A stretch of DNA of 64,000 nucleotides from Nitrospirota bacterium (GTDB lineage Bacteria > Nitrospirota > Thermodesulfovibrionia > Thermodesulfovibrionales > Dissulfurispiraceae), in contig CAVPZX010000005.1 in the NCBI GenBank assembly GCA_963710375.1, positions 128,001 to 192,000 on the forward strand, in the 5' to 3' direction. The first letter of the stretch is position 1, and each line of letters starts with the position of its first letter. The position numbers and the translations under genes are program-made. Below the pieces are notes generated by a model. It did no database searches and was not told where the DNA came from. It worked only from the letters and a program-made list of their open reading frames with translations. Shown piece by piece: positions 13,080 to 22,549 of this stretch.

Positions 13080-13155
13080 TGGTGGGCAGTGAGAGAATCG
13101 AACTCCCGACACGGGGCTTTTCAGGCCCCTGCTCTACCGACTGAGCTAACTGCCC
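13080..13155 (-). tRNA. tRNA-Phe(GAA)
   Basis: GGGCAGTTAGCTCAGTCGGTAGAGCAGGGGC-CTGAAAA-GCCCCGTGTCGGGAGTTCGATTCTCTCACTGCCCACCA; 76 nt, CCA encoded. Confidence 0.97.
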
Positions 13156-13317
13156 ATAATCCTAAACATTAAACTTTTATACTTCCAAAAGTCAAGAATT
13201 CAGAGGCCCGGGATGAAATTGATATTGTCTGGTTTGTTATAATAGCGCAATATTGCCGGGCATGATGGGTGGCTGGACGGGCGCCGGTAATGAATATGAA
13301 ACTGAAGGGGCCAATTA

Positions 13318-14157
13318 ATGCATTTCGGTCGATATCTTAAAATACTTCTGAAGAGCTTCGTTGATTTTTTTAAAGATGGCGGGCTTATGCTTGCCGGAGC
13401 AATGTCATATTTTTTCATGATGGCCATTATTCCTTTTTGCCTTTTTCTTGTTGCGCTCTTCGGACATTTTATAGGAGAAAATGAGGCATTCCTCAAATTT
13501 TTCTCGGCTAAACTGACTGGCCTCTTCCCTAGCATCACATATAAGATAACAGAGGAATTAAAGAAATTAATATCGTACCGCGGCCTTGGGACATTCACAT
13601 TAATGCTATACGGTCTGCTGTCATTACAGCTTTTTTCTTCGCTGCAAACAGCGGTCAATACTGTCTTCAAGATACGGGTCGGCAGGCCTTTTCATGTTTC
13701 GCTGGTGCGCTCTTTGCTCATTGTTACTCTCATCTTCATTGTAGTCATCATGTCGTTTGGCGCAACATCTGCCATTTCGATCCTTAAGGCACTGAGGGAA
13801 ATTTTCCCGGATCTGAGGGTAGGCAAGATAACGGGTTTCTTCATAGGCTATCTTGTCCCGTTTATGCTCACCTTTCTGGTCCTTGCCATTATGTACGTGT
13901 TTCTTCCGCTCACGAAGGTACGACTCCGCCATGCGCTTGCAGGCTCAATGTTTACTACTATCTTGCATGAAGCGGCAAAACACATCTTTACTTTTTATGT
14001 GATGAAGGTGACGCACTTAGGAACTATTTACGGCCCCCTTTCAGCCTTTGTAATATTTTTATTGTGGGTATTTTATTCATCGTGTATTTTTCTCATCGGC
14101 GCCGAGTTGGTGCACAACCTTCAGGGATCGGTAAAAGTGTTTCGGGGTCGCGAATAA
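13318..14157 (+). CDS. YihY/virulence factor BrkB family membrane protein
   Basis: LAGAMSYFFMMAIIP, IYGPLSAFVIFLLWVFYSSCIFLIGAEL. Confidence 0.9.
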   Translation: MHFGRYLKILLKSFVDFFKDGGLMLAGAMSYFFMMAIIPFCLFLVALFGHFIGENEAFLKFFSAKLTGLFPSITYKITEELKKLISYRGLGTFTLMLYGLLSLQLFSSLQTAVNTVFKIRVGRPFHVSLVRSLLIVTLIFIVVIMSFGATSAISILKALREIFPDLRVGKITGFFIGYLVPFMLTFLVLAIMYVFLPLTKVRLRHALAGSMFTTILHEAAKHIFTFYVMKVTHLGTIYGPLSAFVIFLLWVFYSSCIFLIGAELVHNLQGSVKVFRGRE

Positions 14158-14319
14158 ATTTATACGAGGAGCAGGCAGGCCACAGTGCTTCGTCTCATTC
14201 TCGCAAGGCGTCCAGCCTTGCTCCGAGGCTATGACAGCCTGTGTCACCATCCTTGGTGTCACTTAGGCTGTCAAAGTCCGCTCAGCACCATGTCCTGCCT
14301 GCTCCTCGTATAAATTTAT
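14154..14319. mobile_element. Palindromic REPIN/MITE-like element, family 3
   Basis: Perfect 26-bp IR ATAAATTTATACGAGGAGCAGGCAGG; internal stems GCAAGGC/GCCTTGC and TGACAGCCT/AGGCTGTCA. Confidence 0.75.
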
Positions 14320-14400
14320 GAGTACAATGGGTATGTGTGCCGGATGTCATAATGTTATACTGTCTGGTAAGAGAATTAAGGTTTTAGGAGGGGTTGTAGA

Positions 14401-14715
14401 ATGAAAAATAATTTAGGGGCAGTGGTTGTCGTATTCGCAGTCGCATTGCTATTAGGCTTGCATGGAATGCGTGCCGCGTCATATGCAGGATCCGGGTTGT
14501 CCGGAAAAGTAGCAGAAACCATGAACAGCGGGGGCTACACATACGTCCTCCTTGAAAAGGACGGTGATAAGATATGGATTGCAGTTCCCCAAATGAAAGT
14601 CACCAAAGGACAGGCCATGTCTTTTAAGCCGGGCGCCGAAATGGAAAACTTTAAGAGCAAAACGCTTAATCGCACCTTTAAGAGGATTGTCTTTTCAGAA
14701 GGGCCGGCCTACTGA
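14401..14715 (+). CDS. Small exported OB-fold-like (NrfJ-related) protein
   Basis: Signal peptide, then SGKVAETMNSGGYTYV...IWIAVP...MENFKSKTLNRTF. Confidence 0.7.
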   Translation: MKNNLGAVVVVFAVALLLGLHGMRAASYAGSGLSGKVAETMNSGGYTYVLLEKDGDKIWIAVPQMKVTKGQAMSFKPGAEMENFKSKTLNRTFKRIVFSEGPAY

Positions 14716-14744
14716 CAGGAGCTGCTTCAGTAGTTCCTGTCAGT
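14711..14744. terminator. Hairpin between convergent genes
   Basis: ACTGACAGGAGCTGC-ttca-GTAGTTCCTGTCAGT. Confidence 0.65.
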
Positions 14745-14758
14745 CGATCAATGTTATT

Positions 14759-15553
14759 TCAGGGGTTCGGCAGGCGGATTACATACTGATACGGCGGCGT
14801 CATGTTTGCTATTAATGCCGGGTTCAGTTCTTTGATCGCGCGGATCGTCGTATTACACATTTCGGCGATTGCCCTCAGGCTGATTGACTTGTCTGTTATT
14901 ACTTCACTGTATACCGGAGCGTCTTCCGTCATATCTTCATACGGAGCGAGCCCATAACTTTCAGGATCCTGGGCAACAGTAGCAGCAGCCATAAACTTTG
15001 CCAGGTAGTGGTTAACCATGCCCGGAAAGCGCACCTCCTTATGCTTATTGAGCAGGTGCTTGATTTTCCCGTCCCCTGCATTGTATGCAGCGAGTGCAAC
15101 ATCCCAGTCGCCGAACATTTCATACAAATCCCTGAGATAATTAGCTGCTGCATAAGTAGACTTTACAGGGTCTTTCCGCTCGTCCACATAACGGTCTATT
15201 CTGAGACCGTACCTTTTTGCCGTCCCCTTTACCAGTTGCCAGAGACCGACAGCACCACCCCGGCCCACAGAAAGAGGAGAAAACCCGCTTTCGATCAGAG
15301 GTAAATAAGCCAGATCGAGGGGCATATCTTTGTCAATAAAAATCCTGGTTGTCACATCAATGTACTTCTGAGATTCACTGAGCTTCTTTTCGAACGCCTC
15401 GGGTATTTTCTCCGTAAAAAATTGCAGCGCTCTTTCGTACATCTTACCGGTGACGGCATTCTCTTTGATTGAATCCAGTTCTTCCCCTGCAAAAACATGA
15501 GCAGGCAATGACATAAATAACAGCAGCGATATGAAAATAAACAACTGTCTCAT
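14759..15553 (-). CDS. MltD-like lytic transglycosylase (SLT domain plus LysM-like C-terminus)
   Basis: LPLIESGF, AVGLWQL, DERKDPVKST, ALAAYNAG, IKELNPAL. Confidence 0.88.
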   Translation of the reverse strand: MRQLFIFISLLLFMSLPAHVFAGEELDSIKENAVTGKMYERALQFFTEKIPEAFEKKLSESQKYIDVTTRIFIDKDMPLDLAYLPLIESGFSPLSVGRGGAVGLWQLVKGTAKRYGLRIDRYVDERKDPVKSTYAAANYLRDLYEMFGDWDVALAAYNAGDGKIKHLLNKHKEVRFPGMVNHYLAKFMAAATVAQDPESYGLAPYEDMTEDAPVYSEVITDKSISLRAIAEMCNTTIRAIKELNPALIANMTPPYQYVIRLPNP

Positions 15554-15690
15554 TGTTTAACACCTCTGATCGAGTGATTTGGTTGAGAAGAAGAAAAGAG
15601 TTAAGACAAAATGTTATGTCAGTTTAGTTATTAAAAGTATAGCATGGGCCGGCAAATTGTCAAGCTTCTCCCCTGCGGTTCCAAATATAA

Positions 15691-16668
15691 TTAACAGCAG
15701 GGACCCCCGAATTCAACCATTGCCTCACTGTAAACTTCATCCATACAGTGGGTGTATTTAGGCGAGAAATGTATGAGTTTAAGGCTGCCTGCCTGTGCTT
15801 CGCGCGCAATCCGGCCTGCCAATGCAGCGGTGAGGTGATTACGCTCAAGCGCGCGGTCCCTGTCCCTTTCAAGAAAGTATGCCTCGCAGAAAAGCTGGTC
15901 GGAGCCGCTGACAAATCTCACCACCCTCTCTATATTTTCATCGGCCGGCGCGATGTCCGTTACATATGATACCTTCTGTCCCCTGGTAATGTGAGCAATC
16001 GGCATCAGTTCAGCCATACTGTATTGTGTGCCCGACACCTCGAAAACCGTAGTATCGGGAGACCCTGCCCTGATCGCTTTTTTGAAGGAAGAAAGCCAGG
16101 CCCCTACAGGCAGGCCGCGCGCGTTCAGTGCAGCCTTGTCGATGTTTATGTGGAACGCCTCTTCAAGGGCATAGGCCATAACCGGTATATCATGGCAAAG
16201 CTCTATCCCTTTTATGGTAAAAAGCGGGTCTTTCATGACAGTGCCGTTAAATTCCCTTTCAGGATTATCTTCCCTCTGAAAGGAACGCGCAGCATGAAAA
16301 CTCGCGTGCGACATGAAGGGGCCCTTTACTTCAAACACCTCTATTTCCAACGGGTAATTTGTTATCAGGTTCCATGTGTATCCTTTGAGCTTTCCCTCAA
16401 CACAATCTATAATGTTGGCGGGGCCGAATATTTTGAGCGGTACATCCCTCCTTAGAACAGCCCTCAGCAGCGTATCGAAGCCTATAAAATGATCTATGTG
16501 AGTATGGGAGACAAACACATCGGTGATCTTGAGGAGACTACCCGGACCGAGCGCGCCGATGTCGCCGGCATCGAAAAGCATGGCCCGGTTCTCTCTGATT
16601 ATTCTAATGTAAACGCAGGGGTCTTCAAACGGACCGTTGACAGCACTGGCATGAAAACTTGACTTCAT
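15691..16668 (-). CDS. Ribonuclease Z-like metallo-beta-lactamase hydrolase
   Basis: SHTHIDHFIG, YVTD, CEAYF, NHLT, IHFSPKY motifs. Confidence 0.75.
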   Translation of the reverse strand: MKSSFHASAVNGPFEDPCVYIRIIRENRAMLFDAGDIGALGPGSLLKITDVFVSHTHIDHFIGFDTLLRAVLRRDVPLKIFGPANIIDCVEGKLKGYTWNLITNYPLEIEVFEVKGPFMSHASFHAARSFQREDNPEREFNGTVMKDPLFTIKGIELCHDIPVMAYALEEAFHINIDKAALNARGLPVGAWLSSFKKAIRAGSPDTTVFEVSGTQYSMAELMPIAHITRGQKVSYVTDIAPADENIERVVRFVSGSDQLFCEAYFLERDRDRALERNHLTAALAGRIAREAQAGSLKLIHFSPKYTHCMDEVYSEAMVEFGGPCC

Positions 16669-16696
16669 AGTGCTATAATTATAACACTAAAAAAAC

Positions 16697-16736
16697 CAGG
16701 TTAAGGTTGAGGTAAAGGAGCCTTAACCTTTACCTG
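16697..16736. repeat. Hexamer tandem-repeat hairpin (AGGTTR)n
   Basis: caggttaaggttgaggtaaagg ... ccttaacctttacctg. Confidence 0.6.
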
Positions 16737-16755
16737 TTTTTCAAGAGGAGGACAT

Positions 16756-17755
16756 ATGCCTGAACTAAGAAAAGACCCCATTTCCGGCAGATGGGTCATC
16801 ATATCGATAGAACGAGGGAAAAGACCTTCGGACTTTATATCCCCATCTCAAAAAAGGAGGGCTGGGGGATTCTGTCCGTTTTGTCCCGGCAACGAACATA
16901 CAACAACACCTGAGATCATATCATTCAGGCCTGCAAGCACCTCTCCCAATTCGCCGGGATGGACGCTCAGGGTTGTGCCCAACAAGTTCCCGGCATTGCA
17001 GATACACGGTGAACTGACTAAAAAAGGGGAAGGAGTCTTTGACCAGATGAACGGCATAGGGGCGCATGAAGTCATTATCGAGACGGCTGACCACCAACTT
17101 TCCCTTGCCACCATGCCGCTCAGAGCAGTTGAAGATGTGCTCTGGGCATACTCCTTCAGACTTATAGACCTGAGTAAAGACATGAGGCTCAAGTATGTCC
17201 TGATTTTTAAAAACGAAGGGGAAGTTGCAGGGTCCTCACTGGAACACACCCATAGCCAGTCTGATAGCCCTTCCGATTGTGCCCAAAAGCGTCAAAGAAG
17301 AAATAGAGTCGTCAAAAAAATATTATGACAACAAGGAGCGCTGCATTTTCTGCGATATAATTAACCAGGAATTAAGCGCCGACAAGCGGGTGATTTACGA
17401 GAACGACAAGTATGTCTCGTTGTCTCCTTTTGCCCCGCGGGAGCCTTTTGAGACATGGATATTGCCTAAGAAGCATGAGTCGAATTTTTCTCCACCTGAC
17501 AAGAGCTTTTCCAGTCTCTCGGAAATCCTTCAGAGGACGCTGAAACAGCTCGACAGAGTTCTTGATACCCCCCCTTACAATTTTATTATTCACACATCCC
17601 CATTCAAAGAGGAAATCAACGATTACTACCACTGGCATATCGAGATTGTCCCCAAGCTCACCAAGACTGCAGGTTTTGAGTGGGGATCAGGCTTTTATAT
17701 AAACCCCACACCGCCTGAAGAAGCGACCAAATATATGAAAGAAGCAAAACTATGA
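16756..17755 (+). pseudogene. galT: Galactose-1-phosphate uridylyltransferase family gene with a +1 frameshift near 17260 (pseudogene or sequencing error)
   Basis: MPELRKDP, CPFCPGNE, GSSLEHTHSQ in one frame continues as LIALPIVP...YHWHIEIVP in another; removing T17260 restores HSQLIALP. Confidence 0.85.
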
Positions 17756-19206
17756 GAATCGCCATCGTGACTTCTGAGGCAGTCCCTTTTTCCAAAACAG
17801 GGGGACTCGCCGATGTGGCAGGAACGCTTTTCAAAGAGTACCTTGCCATGAAGCACGATGCTCTGCTGTTCGTACCCTTCTATAAGAGTACTGCCGAAAA
17901 GTTCAGCGGTATGATCAAGGACAGCGGCATTGAAATTGACATCGCGATGGGTAACGCGATTAGGACATGCAAAATATTTACGGGTATCATGAGCGCTCCA
18001 ACTCCGAACATTTTCTTTATCGGCAATGAAGATTTCTTCTTCAGGGATGAACTATACGGAACGACTGCCGGCGATTACCCCGATAATGACCAGCGGTTTG
18101 TCTTCTTTTCAAAAAGTGTTCTGGAAATATGCAAAAAGCTGGAGTTGCAAATAGATATTATGCACTGCAACGACTGGCAGACAGGGCTCATTCCTCTCTA
18201 CATGAAGACCTTATACAGGCAGGTCCCCAATTTAAAAAAGACCGCCTCTGTTTTTACCATCCACAATCTCGGCTATCAGGGACTGTTCCCGGCCCATACA
18301 CTCGAAATTACCGGCTTGGACGCCTCGCTATTCAATCCGGAAGGTATCGAATTTTTCGGCAAGATAAATTTCCTTAAGGCTGGAATTATAGGGGCGGACC
18401 AAATAACAACTGTCAGCAAAACCTATGCAGAGGAAATACGTTCTCATGAATACGGTTTTGGGTTGGAGGGGATACTCACAAAAAGAAGCGCCGCTATCAG
18501 CGGGATACTTAACGGGATCGATTATACTCAATGGGACCCTTCAACCGATACATTCATTACCAAAAAATACGACCGTTCAGACCTGTCAGGCAAACAGGCC
18601 TGCAAGAAACGGTTAGTCACGGAAGCCTCATTAAAAAGCAAAGCGCCGGGCCCGCTCATGTGCTTTATCGGGAGGCTCTCATCCCAGAAGGGGGTTGATC
18701 TGCTGGCAGATGCTATTCCATATATTCAGAGCCAGGGAGCAAACATGATAGTTATCGGTAGAGGGGATGGCAGTTATCAGGCTATGTTGAAGGCAGCGAG
18801 CAAAGGTTTCAGTGATAGTTTTTTCTTCTATCGCGAATTTAATGAGCCTTTTGCCCATCTTGCCTATGCCGGCTCCGATGTATTTTTAATGCCCTCAAGG
18901 TACGAACCGTGCGGGCTTGGGCAAATGATAGCTATGCGTTACGGTACCCTTCCAGTGGCGCGCAAAACAGGGGGTCTCTCTGATACCATAGAGGATGACA
19001 AGACAGGCTTTCTTTTCGAAGAATACAGCGTGCCGGCATTCATTAATGCAGTAAGGCGGGCGGTAAAGGCCTTTGATGATAAAAAGGCCTGGCGGAAAAT
19101 GATGGGCAATGCCATGAAAAAGGATTTCTCGTGGGGGAAATCGGTCCAGGCATATATTGCAATTTATCAAAACGCTTTAAAAATGGATGCTTTGCTGCAT
19201 GCCTGA
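17752..19206 (+). CDS. glgA: Glycogen synthase
   Basis: PFSKTGGLADV, HCNDWQT, TIHNLGYQG, PSRYEPCGL. Confidence 0.95.
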   Translation: MRIAIVTSEAVPFSKTGGLADVAGTLFKEYLAMKHDALLFVPFYKSTAEKFSGMIKDSGIEIDIAMGNAIRTCKIFTGIMSAPTPNIFFIGNEDFFFRDELYGTTAGDYPDNDQRFVFFSKSVLEICKKLELQIDIMHCNDWQTGLIPLYMKTLYRQVPNLKKTASVFTIHNLGYQGLFPAHTLEITGLDASLFNPEGIEFFGKINFLKAGIIGADQITTVSKTYAEEIRSHEYGFGLEGILTKRSAAISGILNGIDYTQWDPSTDTFITKKYDRSDLSGKQACKKRLVTEASLKSKAPGPLMCFIGRLSSQKGVDLLADAIPYIQSQGANMIVIGRGDGSYQAMLKAASKGFSDSFFFYREFNEPFAHLAYAGSDVFLMPSRYEPCGLGQMIAMRYGTLPVARKTGGLSDTIEDDKTGFLFEEYSVPAFINAVRRAVKAFDDKKAWRKMMGNAMKKDFSWGKSVQAYIAIYQNALKMDALLHA

Positions 19207-19226
19207 CAAACGTTAACGAGAGCATA

Positions 19227-21920
19227 ATGAACGATACGGAAAATACGAGCGGGCCATCACTGCTGAACGACTGCGGGGCAATGGTGCTCCAAGCCACAAA
19301 AGACCAGCTTCACAGGCTCTCGGTCATATTTGAACTTACTAAAGCAATCATATCAGCTCATGATTTCGCTGAGTTATTGGAAAAGATTTCGGAGGAGGCG
19401 GCAAAAATCTTCAATGCAAACGGATGCATGATACGTCTTATAGAAGACGGCATGCTGAAGATCAAGGCCCATTATGGCTTCCCGCCGGAAATGAGGGAGG
19501 CATTAACAGTTAGCCTGGGAGAAAGTTTTGTCGGCAAAGTGGCAGAAGAGGGGAAAACGATATTCGCGCAGAGCCCTGAAGATTTCGGCCATCTTGCACA
19601 ACTCATAAATATGCAAACAGCTTTGTGCACTCCATTAAGAATCGGCGATCAAATAATAGGGACTTTTGGACTGTATAACAAAAAAAATGTAGATAAGGAT
19701 GGAAACGAGACCATAGTACCGTTTACGACAGACGACCAGATAACGCTTGAAGGCTTTGCTTCAATTGCCGCTATTGTTATAGACAAATCCATTTTACACG
19801 AAAATACCCTCAGGAAAGAGAAAGAGGCATTAGAAGCCAAACAGAAGTTTGAGGACCTGTGGGACCATCTGCAGGGTTTTATAGAGAATTCCGCTGATGC
19901 GATTGTTACTACCGACGTGGAAGGGATTGTCACCTCTTGGAACATCGGCGCAGAGAAGATCTACGGCTATACACGCCACGAAGTCATCGGGAAGTTCATG
20001 CCTTTTGTCCCTGATTTTCTCAGAGAAGTCGAAAAGGGCTTCACCGAACGTGTCAAAAATGGAGAAACCATCAAAGATATCGAAACGGTCAGGAGGACCA
20101 AGGGTGGGACAATTCTGGACGTTAATCTCACCCTTTCGCCCATTAAGGACCGTTCCGGCGCTGTTATAGGCATCAGCGGCATCGCCCGCGACATAACAGA
20201 AAAAAAACGCATTGAAAAAGATCTGGTAAGCAAAAATGCGGTGTTATCAAAGCTGATGATGATAAGCTCTGCAATGAGGGGCACACTTGAACTGAACAAG
20301 CTCTTAAGGATGGTACTGACTGCCGTCACCATGGGAGACGGACTTGGGTTTAACCGTGCGATGCTCTTTCTGGTTGACGAGGAGAAAAACACTTTAAGAG
20401 GGGCAGTCGGCGTCGGGCCTTCCAGCCATGAGGAGGCATGGGAGATATGGTCGCGGCTGACCACTGAACAAAAGAGTCTTGCTTCCATTATAGAAGGTAT
20501 TGAGAAAGGCCCTCTGAGAAAAGATTCCTTTATGGACAGGCTCTGCTGCGGTGTCGAGGTCTCCCTGGACAACGAAACAGTCCTCACAAAGGCAATAAAG
20601 GAAAAGATGGCCTTTAATGTGACTGATGTCCATGCCGAACCACTTTCCGATCCCATTCTCACACAGCAGCTTGGCACTCTTGCCTACGCCGTACTCCCGC
20701 TCATATCACGGAACAAAGTAATAGGGGTTTTGTGGGTCGATAACATCTACACCAGCAGGCCTATTAACGATCTGGACATGGAATTTCTTAAAGGGTTTTC
20801 CGACCAGATGGCTTCAGCCATAGAGAACGCGCGCCTTTTCGAACATGTGGCACAGGCAGAACAGGAGCTGGAAAACATCTTTGAATCGATATCCGACCTT
20901 GTGTATTTCACCAGCAGTGATTACACCATCAGAAATGCGAATAAGGCGGTGCTGTCCAGGCTCTGCAAACCACTTGGGTCGATAATAGGCAAAAAATGCT
21001 ATGAAGTATTCCACGGTACCAGCGAACCGTGGAGAAAATGCCCGCATCATAAAACCATGCTCACTAACAAACCGTTTATAGAGGAGCTTGAAGACCCGCA
21101 ATTGGGCGGCACGTTCCTGGTCTCTACCTCCCCGATCTTCGACAAGACAGGAGAGCTGATGGGCACAGTCCACATAGTCAGGGACATAAGCGAGCTAAAG
21201 AAGCTCCGTGAAAAGGTCGCCACGACCGATAGGATGGCAGCCCTTGGTGAATTGGCCGCTAAAGTCGCCCATGAGATAAGAAACCCTCTGCTGTCTATAG
21301 GAGGTTTTGCCCGAAGGCTTGAAAAACGGCTGGACGGGGATCTGAGAGAATATTCGAAAATCATGGTCGATGAGGTGGGCCGTCTCGAAGGGATACTCAA
21401 CGACGCGCTCAGCTTCGTTAAGAGCGCCCCTGCCAATAAGACGGATTTTGACCTCGGCGAAATCGTTGACAGCGTTATCGCCCTCCTCGAACCGGCAGTT
21501 CTCGAAAGAGGAAATAGCCTGACCAGGGAGGTGGCGCCGCCGTTTAAGATACACGCCGATTATGACCGGATAAAGGAAGTCCTGATTAATCTTGTCACCA
21601 ACGCCAACGAGGCAACGGACCACGGAAATATCATTATCAGGTCATACCGGCAGGTGATGCTGTCCGATCCTGACTTGCTGGGGCACCAGGCCCAAAGCTT
21701 CAATACTATTATTGAAATCGAAGACAGTGGATGCGGAATAAAAGAGGAGAATATAAATCGTGTTTTTGACCCATTCTTTACAACACGTCCGACCGGAACC
21801 GGCCTCGGCCTTTCTATAACCAAAAAGATCGTTGAAGAGCATGGCGGGAGAATTGAAGCGGAAAGCAACCGGGGATTGGGTGCAAAGTTCAAAATTTACA
21901 TGCCGTTAGAGGAGGGATGA
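19227..21920 (+). CDS. Cytoplasmic GAF-PAS-GAF-PAS histidine kinase
   Basis: Two GAF and two PAS regions, VAHEIRNPL H-box, FDPFFTT and GTGLGL; start placed at ATG 19227. Confidence 0.92.
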   Translation: MNDTENTSGPSLLNDCGAMVLQATKDQLHRLSVIFELTKAIISAHDFAELLEKISEEAAKIFNANGCMIRLIEDGMLKIKAHYGFPPEMREALTVSLGESFVGKVAEEGKTIFAQSPEDFGHLAQLINMQTALCTPLRIGDQIIGTFGLYNKKNVDKDGNETIVPFTTDDQITLEGFASIAAIVIDKSILHENTLRKEKEALEAKQKFEDLWDHLQGFIENSADAIVTTDVEGIVTSWNIGAEKIYGYTRHEVIGKFMPFVPDFLREVEKGFTERVKNGETIKDIETVRRTKGGTILDVNLTLSPIKDRSGAVIGISGIARDITEKKRIEKDLVSKNAVLSKLMMISSAMRGTLELNKLLRMVLTAVTMGDGLGFNRAMLFLVDEEKNTLRGAVGVGPSSHEEAWEIWSRLTTEQKSLASIIEGIEKGPLRKDSFMDRLCCGVEVSLDNETVLTKAIKEKMAFNVTDVHAEPLSDPILTQQLGTLAYAVLPLISRNKVIGVLWVDNIYTSRPINDLDMEFLKGFSDQMASAIENARLFEHVAQAEQELENIFESISDLVYFTSSDYTIRNANKAVLSRLCKPLGSIIGKKCYEVFHGTSEPWRKCPHHKTMLTNKPFIEELEDPQLGGTFLVSTSPIFDKTGELMGTVHIVRDISELKKLREKVATTDRMAALGELAAKVAHEIRNPLLSIGGFARRLEKRLDGDLREYSKIMVDEVGRLEGILNDALSFVKSAPANKTDFDLGEIVDSVIALLEPAVLERGNSLTREVAPPFKIHADYDRIKEVLINLVTNANEATDHGNIIIRSYRQVMLSDPDLLGHQAQSFNTIIEIEDSGCGIKEENINRVFDPFFTTRPTGTGLGLSITKKIVEEHGGRIEAESNRGLGAKFKIYMPLEEG

Positions 21921-21921
21921 T

Positions 21922-22278
21922 ATGAAAATACTCGTTGTAGATGATGAAAAAAACATTCTTAAACTTTACCAGGTTGAGCTTGAGGACGAGGGATACACTG
22001 TAGTCACGGCCAATTCCGGCAAAGAGGGACTGGAGGTGTTTGAAAGGGAAAACCCCGATATCGTCACTCTGGATATACTTATGCCCGACCTGGACGGGAT
22101 TCAGGTATTGAGGCTGATGAAGGAGAAAAGGCCAAATGTGCCGATCATAATGCTGACCGCTTATGACTACAGGGACGACTTTTCGGTGTGGGTATCCGAT
22201 GCTTACGTGGTAAAATCATCTGATTTAACCAATCTGAAGGCCACAATAAAGCAGTTGATTAAAAAAATAACCACATAG
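21922..22278 (+). CDS. Single-domain response regulator
   Basis: ILVVDDE, TLDILMP, MLTAY, YVVK. Confidence 0.93.
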   Translation: MKILVVDDEKNILKLYQVELEDEGYTVVTANSGKEGLEVFERENPDIVTLDILMPDLDGIQVLRLMKEKRPNVPIIMLTAYDYRDDFSVWVSDAYVVKSSDLTNLKATIKQLIKKITT

Positions 22279-22294
22279 CAAAAAGGCTAAAGAG

Positions 22295-22391
22295 GCCGTG
22301 AAAAGTGAATCGTGAACCGTAAAAACAGGAAAGAACTTTCTTAAAAGGCTTTTTCTTTTCGATTCACTTTTCACTATTCACTTTTCACGGC
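22295..22391. repeat. Heptamer tandem-repeat hairpin (GTGAANN), followed by a T-tract
   Basis: GCCGTGAAAAGTGAAT... pairs with ...ATTCACTTTTCACGGC, then TTTTTT. Confidence 0.85.
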
Positions 22392-22549
22392 TTTTTTAAC
22401 CTGTTTACTATGTGGGTTTGTGCTACAATTATGCAGCTTAGTGCTTCAAAGGTACAATAATTTTCTTGCAGAAAGGGGGGTGATAAGCCACGTAGAGTCT
22501 GGTATCTATACTGGTATTTCTGTACTAACACAAAACAGGAGGTTACCGT

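Noticed and set aside
22471..22545. Strong SD-like GAAAGGGGGGTGAT suggesting a leader peptide
   Set aside because: It is followed by ACG-TAG rather than a start codon; no convincing peptide.
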